Assembly (NCBI GenBank): GCA_949432885.1
Contig: CASQXY010000002.1
Span: 98,252-162,251, forward strand
Direction of reading: 5' to 3'
DNA: 64,000 nt
From: an uncultured bacterium
Lineage (GTDB): Bacteria > Bacillota > Clostridia > Christensenellales > CAG-917
Part shown: piece after piece, positions 9,066-19,474 of the stretch
Layout of the letters: each line of letters opens with the position of its first letter
Position numbering within the stretch: the stretch's first letter is position 1
The notes under the pieces: generated by a model
Told to the model about the DNA's origin: nothing
Database searches by the model: none
The model's input: only the letters and a program-made list of their open reading frames with translations
Made by a program: the position numbers and the translations under genes

Positions 9066-9512
9066 ATGAAAGGAAAGAAATTTGTTTTTTCTGCTTTTAT
9101 AATTATCGTTGCCGTCGCAGCCTTGACGGGCGCGGCGGTATACGGCTTTGACGGCGGCGAAAGGCAGCTTTGCCGCGCCGCGGGTATTTACGATATGCTC
9201 AGCCCCGCTCTCGTAGAATTGTACGAGACGGAGATAGCGGGCGAAAGTATAATTTCCGATATCTCCCAATCCCAGCTTGCGAGGACGGCCAACCGCCTCG
9301 GAATAACCGTGGAGAAGCTCAGGGCCGTTTTGCTGTTGCAGGATTTTGCCGTAAAGGCGGGGCGTTCGGCAGGTCTCGACGAACTTGCCGCCATGAACGA
9401 TTTTCAGCTTATAGCCTATGCGAAGCAGTGCGCCGACACATATCTTGCCACACTGCCGCAGGAGAGGCGCGCAGAGCTCGAACAGAAGCTCAAAGCCGCG
9501 CTTAAAGGATGA
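9066..9512 (+). CDS. hypothetical membrane-anchored protein
   Basis: 148 aa. N-terminal signal/anchor MKGKKFVFSAFIIIVAVAALTGAAVYG. GAGGTG RBS. No motif recognised. Confidence 0.65.
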   Translation: MKGKKFVFSAFIIIVAVAALTGAAVYGFDGGERQLCRAAGIYDMLSPALVELYETEIAGESIISDISQSQLARTANRLGITVEKLRAVLLLQDFAVKAGRSAGLDELAAMNDFQLIAYAKQCADTYLATLPQERRAELEQKLKAALKG

Positions 9513-9614
9513 CGGCTGTACGATTGTCGAAAAATAAAAAAAGATGTAACGTGTTTGTGTAATCACTTGTATTATAATTTCCCCGATGTTATACTATAAC
9601 GGCAGGAGGGTGAT

Positions 9615-10433
9615 ATGGACGCTTCACAATCACAGTCTTTGACTGTCAAGGCAAGACAGCTACGCGACGACGCCATTCAGACGATAGGTACGTTTGGAGT
9701 CGGGCACATAGGCGGAGTGCTGTCGGTTATGGACGCTTTGACGGTCATTTTTTATTCCAAAGCTAATATAGACCCCAAAAATCCGCGCAAGCAGGATAGG
9801 GACAGAGTGATAATGTCCAAGGGACACGCGGGTCCCGCAATGTACGTCGTACTTGCGGACCTCGGATATTTCCCCAAAGAGTGGCTGAAAACTCTCAATA
9901 AAAACGGGACGAATCTTCCCTCCCACTGCGATATGCAAAAAACCCCCGGCATAGATATGACCGCGGGCTCTCTCGGTCAGGGATTGTCGGTTGCGGTCGG
10001 CATGGCGATGGCAGCAAAGTTGGACAAAAATCCCGCGACGATATATTGCATAATCGGCGACGGAGAGTCGCAGGAGGGTCAGATTTGGGAGGCGAGCATG
10101 CTCGCAGGCTCGCGCAAGCTCGACAATCTCGTCGTTATGCTGGACTACAACAAAATGCAGCTTGACGGCAAGGTCTCCGATATAAACGATATTTATCCCG
10201 TCGTAGACAAGTGGAAGTCCTTCGGCTTTTACGTGCAGGATATCGACGGTCACGATATAGGCGCGATATCCGACGCGATAGACAATGCCAAGTGCTCGGG
10301 CAGAGCGAATATGATAATACTCAACACGGTCAAGGGCAAGGGCGCGACTTTTGCCGAAGCCGCCGCAAACTGCCACAGCATGACCATAACCGAGGATATG
10401 TGGAGAAAGGAAACGGGGAGGTACGACGCATGA
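9615..10433 (+). CDS. transketolase, N-terminal (TPP-binding) subunit
   Basis: 272 aa. GHIGGVLSVMD, SKGHAGPAMY, GSLGQGLSVAVGMA, GDGESQEGQIWEA are typical of split transketolase subunit A. Confidence 0.92.
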   Translation: MDASQSQSLTVKARQLRDDAIQTIGTFGVGHIGGVLSVMDALTVIFYSKANIDPKNPRKQDRDRVIMSKGHAGPAMYVVLADLGYFPKEWLKTLNKNGTNLPSHCDMQKTPGIDMTAGSLGQGLSVAVGMAMAAKLDKNPATIYCIIGDGESQEGQIWEASMLAGSRKLDNLVVMLDYNKMQLDGKVSDINDIYPVVDKWKSFGFYVQDIDGHDIGAISDAIDNAKCSGRANMIILNTVKGKGATFAEAAANCHSMTITEDMWRKETGRYDA

Positions 10434-11374
10434 CGACGGATGAAAGAGAGATAAGGCAAACCCTTGCGCAGGCTCTCGTTTCGCTTGCCGAGCGCGACGA
10501 ACGTATCGTGGTGCTTGACGCGGACCTCATGAGCTGTCACGCCACCAAGTGCTTCAAGGAAAAATTCCCCGAAAGATTCTTCAACGTAGGCATAGCGGAG
10601 CAAAATATGATCGGCGTTGCCGCAGGCATGGCGACGATGGGCAAAATCCCGTTTGCGTACAGCTTTGCGCCGTTTGCCACGCGCCGCTGTTACGACCAGA
10701 TATTCATATCCGTTGCGTACTCGGGGCTCAATGTGAAAATTATCGGTTCCGAGCCGGGCGTCGCCGCGGAAGCGAACGGCGGCACGCATATGCCCTTTGA
10801 GGATATGGCGATTATGCGCGCTATTCCCAAGATGATTTGCTTCGAGCCTACGGACGCGACTATGATGGAAAAGGCGTTGCCGCAGATTGCGGATTATCCG
10901 ACTGCTGTGTACGTGCGTATGTTCCGCAAAAAAGCGGCGAAGATATACGACGAAAGCCTTGACTTCAAACTCGGAAAAGCAATTACCCTCAAAGACGAAG
11001 GCAAGGACGTGACCCTCATCGCAAGCGGAATTATGGTGGAAAGAGCGCTCCAAGCTGCGGAAATCCTTGCTGAGCAAAATATAGGCGCAAGAGTGGTGAA
11101 TATTCACACTTGGAAGCCTATCGACGCGCAAGCTGTGAAAGAGAGCGCGCAAAAGTCGGGAGCAATCGTGACCTGCGAAAATCACAATGTTTACGGGGGT
11201 CTCGGCAGTGCGGTTGCGGAGGTTGCGGCAAGGGAATGCCCCGTGCCTATGGAGACGGTCGGCATAAACGACGAGTTCGGACAGGTTGGAAAGAACGCTT
11301 ATCTGAGCGAGGTGTATCATATAACCACAGCGGATATCGTAAACGCCGCAAAGAAAGCGATTTCAAGAAAATAA
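10430..11374 (+). CDS. transketolase, C-terminal (pyrimidine-binding) subunit
   Basis: Real start is the ATG at 10430, overlapping the upstream TGA (ATGA coupling) within ORF 10211..11374. FNVGIAEQNMIGVAAGMA, GGTHMPFEDMAIMR. Confidence 0.92.
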   Translation: MTTDEREIRQTLAQALVSLAERDERIVVLDADLMSCHATKCFKEKFPERFFNVGIAEQNMIGVAAGMATMGKIPFAYSFAPFATRRCYDQIFISVAYSGLNVKIIGSEPGVAAEANGGTHMPFEDMAIMRAIPKMICFEPTDATMMEKALPQIADYPTAVYVRMFRKKAAKIYDESLDFKLGKAITLKDEGKDVTLIASGIMVERALQAAEILAEQNIGARVVNIHTWKPIDAQAVKESAQKSGAIVTCENHNVYGGLGSAVAEVAARECPVPMETVGINDEFGQVGKNAYLSEVYHITTADIVNAAKKAISRK

Positions 11375-11398
11375 CAAAAAAACAGATTTTATACATAC

Positions 11399-11425
11399 AA
11401 AAACCGCACTTTAAGTGCGGTTTTT
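11399..11425 (+). terminator. intrinsic terminator after transketolase
   Basis: AAAAACCGCACT-TTA-AGTGCGGTTTTT. Confidence 0.8.
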
Positions 11426-11433
11426 GTATAACC

Positions 11434-11645
11434 GAGGTGTAAGTGCTCTACAAGAGTGCACGTCGGGTATTTTGATTTAGATAACCCACCCATTTCCTGC
11501 GTGCTGTTCCGACTTCGCGGTCTGCGAAGCAAGCCCGCTCGTTCGCTTAGGCTAGGCACAATCCGCCGGTTTGTGCGTTTAACGCGTCGCGCCGCTCCCG
11601 CTCGCTCACGAAGTGAGCTTAATTCCATTTATCCGCTCAAATAAA
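11434..11645 (+). repeat. copy A of a structured intergenic element family (other copies at 31604-31910 inverted and 40278-40522)
   Basis: 11434-11491 aligns by hand with the reverse complement of 31854-31910 (GAGG..GTGCTCT.CAAG.GTG.ACGTCGGGTA...ATAACCC). Downstream islands keep the same order: CCCACCCATTTCC; GTTCCGACTTCGCGG (11506-11520) versus rc of 31782-31797; GCTCGTTCGC (11537-11546). The overlapping ORFs are not conserved at protein level between copies. Confidence 0.6.
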
Positions 11646-11675
11646 ACGCACCCGTCGGGTGCGTAAATTCTTTTT
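11646..11675 (-). terminator. probable intrinsic terminator of the glutamine synthetase gene
   Basis: On the minus strand, ACGCACCC-GAC-GGGTGCGT is followed by TTTATTT, about 90 nt past the stop at 11755. Confidence 0.5.
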
Positions 11676-11754
11676 GCAAAAAGTGCGCAAAACGTCCCTA
11701 TTTTGTGGGGTTAAAGGGTTGACGTTTGGCGCCAATTACACTCGGCGCAAATTA

Positions 11755-13836
11755 TCAATGCACCGAAAACAGCAAATCCCCATAATTCGGGAAAGGCCAG
11801 AAGTTCTTTGCCGTTTGAAGCTCCAACTTATCGCAGGTGTGGCGCAGGTTGTTCATTGCGGCGAGAACCTCGTCGCGGTAGCAACGTCCGCATTCTATGT
11901 GAATGCCGATAGAGTGCGCTTTATCAACGGCGGCTTTGAGCTCCGCAATCTGTTGTCTTGCCGCATTCAAAAGCTCGGCGAGAGTGTTTGCGGTTTCGAT
12001 TTCCGTTTCCGCATTTATGCCGACCGCGATGGAGTTTTTCGCCGTTTTTACAAGCGCGCCTTTGTATTCGAGCACTGCGGGCAGAATTTCCATAGTCGCC
12101 ATATCGAGCATTGTCATAGCCTCTATGTTGAGCAGGCGGCAGTAGTTTTCGATATAGATTTCCTCGCGGGATATAAGCTCGCGCTTGGTGAGTACGTTCT
12201 GACTTTCAAACAGCGCGATATTTTTTTCTGAGGTCAGGTAGGGCAGCGCGTCTATTGTGGAGGCGAGATTGAGCAAGCCGCGTTTCTTTGCCTCTTCCAC
12301 CCACTCGGCGGAGTAGTTGTTGCCGTTGAAGATAATTCTGCCGTGCTCCGTCATCACGCGCTTGATGATGGCGGTTATGCCCGCCTTTAAGTCGTCCGCG
12401 TTTTCCAGCTCATCCGCGAATTTGCCTAGCTGCTCCGCCATAATGGTGTTGAGCACCATATTAACCCCCGCAATGGACTGCGCGGAGCCCGGCATGCGGA
12501 ACTCGAACTTATTCCCCGTAAAAGCAAAGGGGGAGGTGCGGTTGCGGTCGGACGAATCCATTGCGAATTTGGGAAGCACGTGTACCCCTAGCTTAACCTC
12601 GCAGTTGGCGCGGCGGGAATACGTTCTACCGTCGGCGATGGCCTGCAATATTCCCGTAAGTTCGTCGCCGAGATACATGCTTATTATTGCGGGCGGAGCC
12701 TCGTTGGCGCCCAGACGGTGGTCGTTTGCGGCGGAGGACACGGATATGCGCAGCAAATCCTGATGCTCGTCCACGGCGGCTATGACAGCCGCGAGTATAA
12801 GCAGAAATTGCGCGTTGTCCTCGGGACTTCTGCCCGGCTCGAACAGATTGTGCCCGAAGTTGGTGGAGAGCGACCAGTTGTTGTGCTTGCCGCTTCCGTT
12901 CACGCCGTCGAAGGGCTTTTCGTGCAGAATGCAGGTCATTCCGTGCTTTGCCGCGACCTTTTTCATTATTTCCATAGTGAGCTGATTTTGGTCGGAAGCG
13001 ACGTTTACGGTCGTGAAAATGGGTGCGAATTCATGCTGTGCGGGAGCAACTTCGTTATGCTTAGTTTTGGCGAGTATGCCGAGCTTCCAAAGCTCCTCGT
13101 CCAGCTCCTTCATATACTTGACCACTTTGGGCTTTATCGCGCCGAAGTAATGGTCATCGAGCTCCTGTCCCTTGGGCGGACGCGCGCCGAACAGGGTTCT
13201 GCCTGTATAAAACAAGTCCTTGCGTTTTTCAAAGGTTGCGGTGTCCACAAGGAAATATTCCTGTTCGGAGCCGACGGTGGCGTTGAGGCGTTCGGTTTTT
13301 CTTCCGAACAGCTTCAAGAGCCGCAGACCCTGTCTGTTGACAGCTTCCATAGAGCGCAGAAGAGGAGTTTTTTTATCCAGCGCGTCCCCGTTGTAGGAGC
13401 AGAACGCCGTGGGAATGCACAGTATGCCGTCCTTTATAAACGCGAACGAGGTGGGGTCCCACGCGGTGTAGCCTCTCGCCTCGAAAGTGGAGCGCAGACC
13501 TCCGCTGGGGAAAGAGCTCGCGTCCGGTTCGCCTTTTATAAGCTCCTTGCCGCTGAGCTCCATAATCACGCCGCCCGACTTTGTGGGGGTGATAAAACTG
13601 TCGTGCTTCTCTGCGGTTATGCCCGTCATAGGCTGGAACCAGTGCGTGAAATGGGTGACTCCCCTTTCCACCGCCCATTCTTTCATCTCGTTTGCGATGA
13701 TATTGGCGACGTCTAGGGAGAGAGGAAGGTCGTTCGCGCAGCATCTTTTCAGTTCTTTGTACGTTTCTTTGGGCAGGCGGCGGGACATAACCCTGTCGTC
13801 GAAAACCAGACTGCCGTAAAGCTCGGACATAATCAT
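11755..13836 (-). CDS. glnN: glutamine synthetase, type III
   Basis: 693 aa, the length and N-terminal block typical of GSIII (FTHWFQPMTG...AEKHDSF...GGLRSTFEARGYTAWDP). NEVAPAQHEFAPIF catalytic block. AGGAGA RBS 8 nt upstream. Confidence 0.9.
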   Translation of the reverse strand: MIMSELYGSLVFDDRVMSRRLPKETYKELKRCCANDLPLSLDVANIIANEMKEWAVERGVTHFTHWFQPMTGITAEKHDSFITPTKSGGVIMELSGKELIKGEPDASSFPSGGLRSTFEARGYTAWDPTSFAFIKDGILCIPTAFCSYNGDALDKKTPLLRSMEAVNRQGLRLLKLFGRKTERLNATVGSEQEYFLVDTATFEKRKDLFYTGRTLFGARPPKGQELDDHYFGAIKPKVVKYMKELDEELWKLGILAKTKHNEVAPAQHEFAPIFTTVNVASDQNQLTMEIMKKVAAKHGMTCILHEKPFDGVNGSGKHNNWSLSTNFGHNLFEPGRSPEDNAQFLLILAAVIAAVDEHQDLLRISVSSAANDHRLGANEAPPAIISMYLGDELTGILQAIADGRTYSRRANCEVKLGVHVLPKFAMDSSDRNRTSPFAFTGNKFEFRMPGSAQSIAGVNMVLNTIMAEQLGKFADELENADDLKAGITAIIKRVMTEHGRIIFNGNNYSAEWVEEAKKRGLLNLASTIDALPYLTSEKNIALFESQNVLTKRELISREEIYIENYCRLLNIEAMTMLDMATMEILPAVLEYKGALVKTAKNSIAVGINAETEIETANTLAELLNAARQQIAELKAAVDKAHSIGIHIECGRCYRDEVLAAMNNLRHTCDKLELQTAKNFWPFPNYGDLLFSVH

Positions 13837-13993
13837 AAGAGCATTCTCCTGTGTAATCGCCGCAAAACATTTAGTTTTACGGAGTGTAAATTAGCTTAAT
13901 TATCCTTAATTATATGCTTAACCCAAAAAAAATCAAAACGGTTTTAGTGAAAATTTTTTATATATTATATAGTTTTTTTAATATTATAAAGTT

Positions 13994-14022
13994 TTGACAA
14001 AAAGCGTTATCGGTGGTATAGT
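13994..14022 (+). promoter_or_regulatory. sigma-A-type promoter (extended -10) upstream of purB
   Basis: TTGACA (13994-13999), 17-nt spacer, TGgTATAGT (-10 hexamer at 14017-14022). Confidence 0.6.
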
Positions 14023-14105
14023 GAAATCAGTCGGAAGTGTTCAATTTTTTTTTAGCGATATGCTGAAAAGGGTTAGGACACTTTTTCAATCTTGTGGAGG
14101 GCGAT

Positions 14106-15536
14106 ATGAACGATTACGTATCACCGCTTTGTGAAAGATATGCGGGCAAGAGAATGAAATACATTTTTTCTCCCGATTTCAAATTCAGCACTTGGCGCAG
14201 GCTTTGGATTGCGCTTGCCGAAGCCGAAAAGGAATTGGGCATTTGTATAACCGACGCTCAGATACAGCAGATGAAAGAGCATGTCGAAGATATCGACTAT
14301 GATTTTGCAAAGGCGAGGGAAAAGGAAGTCCGTCACGACGTCATGGCGCACGTGCTCACCTACGGCGAGGCATGCCCCGACGCAAAGCCTATAATTCATC
14401 TCGGCGCGACAAGCTGTTACGTCGGCGACAATACGGACGTAATTCAGATGAAAGAGGGCTTGCTCGAAATCAAGCGCGCTCTTGTCACCTGTATAAAATC
14501 CGTGCGCGAATTTGCGGACAAGCACAAGAATCTCGCCACTCTCGGATATACTCACTTTCAAGCGGCGCAGCCGACCACTGTAGGAAAGCGCGCAACGCTT
14601 TGGTTGCAGGATTTGGTTGTGGACTTGGAAACCCTCGATTTCGAGCTTTCGAGGCTCAAACTCCTAGGTTGCAAGGGTACGACGGGAACCGCCGCAAGTT
14701 TTGTTGAGCTGTTCGAGGGCGACTCCGCAAAGGTCAAGGCTCTCGACAGAATCATCGCAAACAAAATGGGCTTCGAGCACAGCGTCGAAGTCAGCGGTCA
14801 GACCTATACGCGCAAGGCGGATTACAACGTGATAAGCGTGCTTTGCGGCATAGCGCAGAGCGCGGCGAAGTTCTCCAACGATATAAGATTGCTTTCACAC
14901 CTCAAAGAGGTGGAGGAACCCTTTGAATCCAAGCAAATCGGCTCCTCGGCTATGGCATACAAGCGTAATCCCATGCGCAGCGAGCGCATAGCTTCGCTTG
15001 CGAGATACGTCATGTGCGATACGCTCAATCCCGCGATTACAGCGGCTACGCAATGGTTTGAGCGCACTCTCGACGACAGCGCGAACCGCCGTATCGCAAT
15101 CCCCGAAGCCTTCCTTGCGGTGGACGCAATACTTGCGCTTTACAACAATATTATAAGCGGACTGACCGTGTACGACAAGATTATAGAAAGGCATCTAAGC
15201 GCCGAGCTTCCGTTTATGGCAACGGAAAATATACTTATGTACTGCGTGAAGAACAAGGGCGGCGACAGACAGGCGTTGCACGAGGCAATACGCAAGCATT
15301 CCGTTGCGGCGGCAAAGGTCGTGAAGCAGGAGGGAGGAGACAACGATTTGCTCTCCCGTATTCTGAACGACGATACGTTCGGGCTGTCCGCACAGGAGCT
15401 CGAAAGCCTCCTCGACGTGCGAGCGTTTATCGGAATCGCGCCCGTACAGGTTGACGATTATCTGAAAAATACAGTTGACCCGTTGCTTGAAAGAAATAAG
15501 GACTATATCGGAGAAAGCGGCGAAATCAACGTGTAA
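14106..15536 (+). CDS. purB: adenylosuccinate lyase
   Basis: ORF 14094..15536. The ATG at 14106 follows GGAGGG. PLCERYAG, HLGATSCYVGDNTD, signature GSSAMAYKRNPMRSE. Confidence 0.93.
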   Translation: MNDYVSPLCERYAGKRMKYIFSPDFKFSTWRRLWIALAEAEKELGICITDAQIQQMKEHVEDIDYDFAKAREKEVRHDVMAHVLTYGEACPDAKPIIHLGATSCYVGDNTDVIQMKEGLLEIKRALVTCIKSVREFADKHKNLATLGYTHFQAAQPTTVGKRATLWLQDLVVDLETLDFELSRLKLLGCKGTTGTAASFVELFEGDSAKVKALDRIIANKMGFEHSVEVSGQTYTRKADYNVISVLCGIAQSAAKFSNDIRLLSHLKEVEEPFESKQIGSSAMAYKRNPMRSERIASLARYVMCDTLNPAITAATQWFERTLDDSANRRIAIPEAFLAVDAILALYNNIISGLTVYDKIIERHLSAELPFMATENILMYCVKNKGGDRQALHEAIRKHSVAAAKVVKQEGGDNDLLSRILNDDTFGLSAQELESLLDVRAFIGIAPVQVDDYLKNTVDPLLERNKDYIGESGEINV

Positions 15537-15638
15537 TTTTTTCGCGCGTGAGCGCGACGTGCACACATTCAAGAGAGTGTTCGGCTCCCTCTATCGGGAG
15601 AGTTACGCGAGAATAAAAATAAATTTTGAGGTTTACAT

Positions 15639-16910
15639 ATGCTTACATCAATCGTAGGTATCAACTGGGGTGACGAGGGCAAGGGCCGCATGGTCGATTT
15701 GCTTTCGCAGTCGCAGGACGTAGTCGTGCGCTATCAGGGCGGGAACAATGCGGGTCATACCGTCATAAACGACAAGGGTAAATTCGTGCTCAATCTGTTG
15801 CCGTCCGCAATATTGCGCGAGGACAAGGTCAACGTCATGGGCACGGGTATGGTTATCGACATCCAGCACCTTTGCGGCGAGATTTCCAGACTCAGAGAGG
15901 GCGGAATAAAAATCACTCCCGACAATCTGAAAATCAGCGACAAGGCAATAGTATGCTGTCCCTACAACGTTGCGCAGGACTGTCTCGAAGAGGATAGGCT
16001 CGGAGACAAGAAATTCGGCTCTACACGCCGCGGCATCTCTCCCGTCTATGCGGATAAGTATATGAAAAAAGCAATCCGTATGGGCGATTTGCTCCATCCC
16101 GAGTATCTCAGAGCACGTCTTGAAACCATTGTCGAGTGGAAGAATCTCACAATCAAGGGCATGTACGGCGGCGGGGAGTATACTGTGGACGGTCTTCTGG
16201 AATGGTTTGAAAAATACGGCTCGCCCTTGAAAGACCATATCTGCGATACGGGATATTATCTCAACTCCGCGCTCAAAGAGGGCAAGAGGGTTATGCTCGA
16301 AGCACAGCTTGGCGCGCTCAGAGACATCGATTTCGGGATTTATCCGTATACGACCTCGTCGTCTACGATAACCGCGTACGGTCCTGTCGGCGCGGGCATT
16401 CCCAACCGCAAGGTGGACAATGCGATAGGCGTTATGAAAGCGTACTCAACGTGCGTTGGCGAAGGTCCTTTCACCGCGGAAATGTTCGGAGAGGAAGCGG
16501 AAAATCTCAGAAGAGCAGGCGGCGAATACGGCGCGGCTACGGGGCGTCCGCGCAGAGTGGGCGGATTCGACGTTGTGGCTTCAAGGTACGGCTGTATGGT
16601 TCAATCGGCGGATGAAATCGCTCTTACCAAACTGGATATCCTCGATACTATCGAAAAAATTCCCGTATGCGTTGCGTACGAGGTGAACGGCAGAAGAGTG
16701 GACGAGTTCCCGAGCGGAGAAGCGCTCAACATCGCAAAGCCTGTAATCGAATACGTTGACGGCTGGTGCTGTTCGACAGCAGACTGCCGCAGATACGAGG
16801 ATTTGCCCGAGAACGCGCGTAAGTATATCGAGTATATAGAAAAAGCCGTCGATTGCAATATCAAGTATATTTCCGTCGGCGCGGAGCGTGATGCAATAAT
16901 CATAAAATAA
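15639..16910 (+). CDS. purA: adenylosuccinate synthetase
   Basis: 423 aa. P-loop-like GINWGDEGKGRMVD, GGNNAGHTV, GTTRRGI-like STRRGISPVYADK, ATGRPRRVGGFD. Confidence 0.93.
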   Translation: MLTSIVGINWGDEGKGRMVDLLSQSQDVVVRYQGGNNAGHTVINDKGKFVLNLLPSAILREDKVNVMGTGMVIDIQHLCGEISRLREGGIKITPDNLKISDKAIVCCPYNVAQDCLEEDRLGDKKFGSTRRGISPVYADKYMKKAIRMGDLLHPEYLRARLETIVEWKNLTIKGMYGGGEYTVDGLLEWFEKYGSPLKDHICDTGYYLNSALKEGKRVMLEAQLGALRDIDFGIYPYTTSSSTITAYGPVGAGIPNRKVDNAIGVMKAYSTCVGEGPFTAEMFGEEAENLRRAGGEYGAATGRPRRVGGFDVVASRYGCMVQSADEIALTKLDILDTIEKIPVCVAYEVNGRRVDEFPSGEALNIAKPVIEYVDGWCCSTADCRRYEDLPENARKYIEYIEKAVDCNIKYISVGAERDAIIIK

Positions 16911-16913
16911 CAC

Positions 16914-16943
16914 AAAAACGGGTTTTAAAGCCCGTTTTGCTTA
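16914..16943 (+). terminator. hairpin/terminator between purA and guaA
   Basis: AAACGGG-TTTTAAAG-CCCGTTTT. Confidence 0.55.
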
Positions 16944-16958
16944 TATAAAGGTGGGTTA

Positions 16959-18494
16959 ATGGCAAATAATGACATTCAGACTGTTTTAGTCCTCGATTTC
17001 GGAGGACAGTATAAGGAGCTCATCGCTCGCAGAGTCAGAGAGTGCGGAGTGCACTCGCAGATACTTGCGGGAAGCACCCCGATAGAGAAAATCAAGCAGA
17101 TTTCTCCTATCGGAATTATTCTCACGGGCGGTCCGCACAGCGTATATGAGGATAGCTCTCCGCACACCGTCAAGGAGCTGTTCGAGCTCGGCATACCCGT
17201 GCTCGGGATATGCTACGGCATGCAGCTAATGGCGTATACGCTCGGCGGCGATGTTAGGTCATGCGACGTGAGCGAGTACGGCACAATCAATACGAGCTAT
17301 GACGACAAAGACTGCCCGCTGTTTAAGGGGCTAAGCGAAAACGCCGTAACGCTTATGAGTCATACGGACCGTATTTATGAAACGCCCGAGGGGTTCAAGC
17401 CCGCGGCGCATACGTCGGACTGTCCGATTGCCGCTATGTACGACGAAGCACGCAGATTGTATGCCGTGCAGTTCCACCCCGAGGTCGAGCGCACTAAACA
17501 GGGCACGCAGCTTTTGCGCAACTTTTTGTATGAGGTCTGCGGTGCAAAGGGCGACTACAATATGGACGACTTTATCCAACGCGAGCTTGTGAGAATAAGA
17601 GAGCAGGTCGGCTCGCGGCAAGTCGTGCTGGGGCTCAGCGGTGGAGTGGACAGCTCCGTTTGTGCGGCTATTCTCGAAAAGGCGATTCCCAATCAGCTCA
17701 CCTGTATTTTCGTTGATCACGGAATGATGAGAAAAAACGAAGGCGACGAAATAGAGCGCGCATTCGCGGGCAAGTCGCTCAATTTCGTGAGAGTAAACGC
17801 GGAAGACAGGTTTTTGACTAAGCTCGCGGGGGTATCCGACCCCGAGCGTAAGCGCAAAATAATTGGTGAGGAATTTGTGCGAGTTTTCGAGGAGGAGAGC
17901 GCGAAATTCGCAGGCAGCCTTCTGGCGCAGGGTACGATATATCCCGACGTTGTTGAAAGCGGACTTACGACGGGCGCAGTGATAAAATCCCACCATAACG
18001 TGGGCGGATTGCCAAAGGATACCAAATTCGTCGGACTCGTCGAGCCGCTTAGGTCGCTATTTAAGGACGAGGTGCGCGAGCTAGGCAGAAAGCTCGGACT
18101 TGACGAAACTCTCGTCTCCCGTCAGCCTTTCCCCGGACCGGGACTTGCCGTGCGCTGTATAGGCGAGATAACAAAGGAGCGTCTCGATATACTCCGCGAC
18201 GCAGATTATATTTTCCGCGAAGAACTGCAAAAGGCCGATTTGCATTACGGGCAGTTTTTTGCCGTACTTACCGACATGAGGACGGTCGGCGTTATGGGCG
18301 ACGGTCGCACGTACAATTACGTGCTCGGCTTGCGCGCCGTCATAACCTCCGACTTTATGACCTGCGAGTACGCGCATATTCCCTACGAGGTGCTCGACGT
18401 AGTATCTTCGCGTATCGTGAACGAGGTGAACGGCATATCGAGAGTGGTGTATGATATCACGGGGAAGCCGCCTGCGACTATCGAATGGGAGTAA
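16959..18494 (+). CDS. guaA: GMP synthase (glutamine-hydrolysing)
   Basis: 511 aa. GATase block [12 protein letters not shown]-PPase SGGVDSSV, C-terminal KPPATIEWE. Confidence 0.95.
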   Translation: MANNDIQTVLVLDFGGQYKELIARRVRECGVHSQILAGSTPIEKIKQISPIGIILTGGPHSVYEDSSPHTVKELFELGIPVLGICYGMQLMAYTLGGDVRSCDVSEYGTINTSYDDKDCPLFKGLSENAVTLMSHTDRIYETPEGFKPAAHTSDCPIAAMYDEARRLYAVQFHPEVERTKQGTQLLRNFLYEVCGAKGDYNMDDFIQRELVRIREQVGSRQVVLGLSGGVDSSVCAAILEKAIPNQLTCIFVDHGMMRKNEGDEIERAFAGKSLNFVRVNAEDRFLTKLAGVSDPERKRKIIGEEFVRVFEEESAKFAGSLLAQGTIYPDVVESGLTTGAVIKSHHNVGGLPKDTKFVGLVEPLRSLFKDEVRELGRKLGLDETLVSRQPFPGPGLAVRCIGEITKERLDILRDADYIFREELQKADLHYGQFFAVLTDMRTVGVMGDGRTYNYVLGLRAVITSDFMTCEYAHIPYEVLDVVSSRIVNEVNGISRVVYDITGKPPATIEWE

Positions 18495-18496
18495 AG

Positions 18497-18616
18497 CCGC
18501 GCTATTGAGCGAATAACTTTGTTGAGGCACTTTTGCAAACAGCCTAATGTAAATGTAATACATGACTGTTCGCAAAAGTGCCTCTTTCTGGTTCTTCATC
18601 TCGATGTCGCGGTTTT
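18497..18616. repeat. ~120-nt palindromic element R1, abutting the guaA stop codon
   Basis: CCGCGCTATTGAGCGAATAACTTTGT...GTTCTTCATCTCGATGTCGCGGTTTT. Outer 13-bp stem, long inner stem GAGGCACTTTTGCAAACAG/CTGTTCGCAAAAGTGCCTC, T-run. The same flanks recur at 31466-31585 and, interrupted, at 40216-40575. Confidence 0.75.
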
Positions 18617-18747
18617 ATTATACGTTTGCTTGTGAGGAGGAAGTAAAATCTAATTAAAAAAGCATTTTTCTGAGAGGGAATAAAATTAAATACTCGAAGT
18701 GCAGTATTGGGGATTATGTCACATAAAGTTTGACAAGCTCAACATCC

Positions 18748-19317
18748 TTACAACCTTGTCAAATCGCCTTTTTTCGTAAGATAACGGTTTTTTCCGAGCT
18801 CGAAGATATAGGAGTCATGCTTTACGCTGTCCGAATAGACGTCTGCGACTTCCGCTTCGGGAAGTTCCGCCAGCAGGCGGTTGACCTTTTCCTCTCTGCG
18901 GCAGACTTTGCCGAGCAGTTTGCCCGTCCTTTCGTCGTGAGGTGAGGCGATACACAGGTCCACTTTCATGCGCTTGGCGATTTCGTTTATAAGGAAGTCG
19001 GGACTTGCGCTTATAAGCACGCATTTTTTGTCCGCGGGTCTGTTTTCGGGCAGGAAGAAGGGATATACGTCCTTTTGGTGCTTATCCCAAAATTTTGCAA
19101 CGGTTTTTTTTGTATTCACAAACGTGACGAAGCGGAAGCACACGCGTTTGTACGCGGGCACGGAGATTATGCGGCAGAACGCAAGTACGCTCCAAAACAA
19201 CTGCCAGGGCAACAGTAAAATCAGATACGGGCGGTGTAAGAGACACCAATACCAGTATTTCATAGCGCTGTCGTAAGGCACTGCGGTCTTGTCGAAGTCG
19301 TATACGTCTATCTGCAT
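18748..19317 (-). CDS. HAD-superfamily hydrolase (subfamily IB-like)
   Basis: ORF 18748..19344. The ATG at 19317 has a GAGG RBS. DxDxT motif (VYDFDKT), LISASPDF and a C-terminal DS..D block. Confidence 0.75.
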   Translation of the reverse strand: MQIDVYDFDKTAVPYDSAMKYWYWCLLHRPYLILLLPWQLFWSVLAFCRIISVPAYKRVCFRFVTFVNTKKTVAKFWDKHQKDVYPFFLPENRPADKKCVLISASPDFLINEIAKRMKVDLCIASPHDERTGKLLGKVCRREEKVNRLLAELPEAEVADVYSDSVKHDSYIFELGKNRYLTKKGDLTRL

Positions 19318-19474
19318 GTGTACCTCGCTTGGTTGTTGCGGCACGAATTGCCGCCGATAATAATATTATAGCATAACGCTCGGATTTTGAAAAGCTGAAC
19401 GTTTCGGTTGTGCGAGAGGGAAAACCGGTGTATAGTAATGTTTGAAAAAGCGGTTGAAAAGCGAGGACGAAAAT

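Noticed and set aside
11456-11644. Small ORFs inside the repeat copies (11456-11644, 11389-11628, 40231-40500, 40268-40525, 31806-32120).
   Set aside because: Their translations are not conserved between the three homologous copies and are Arg/Ser/Leu-rich with no RBS. Conservation is at nucleotide and stem level instead.
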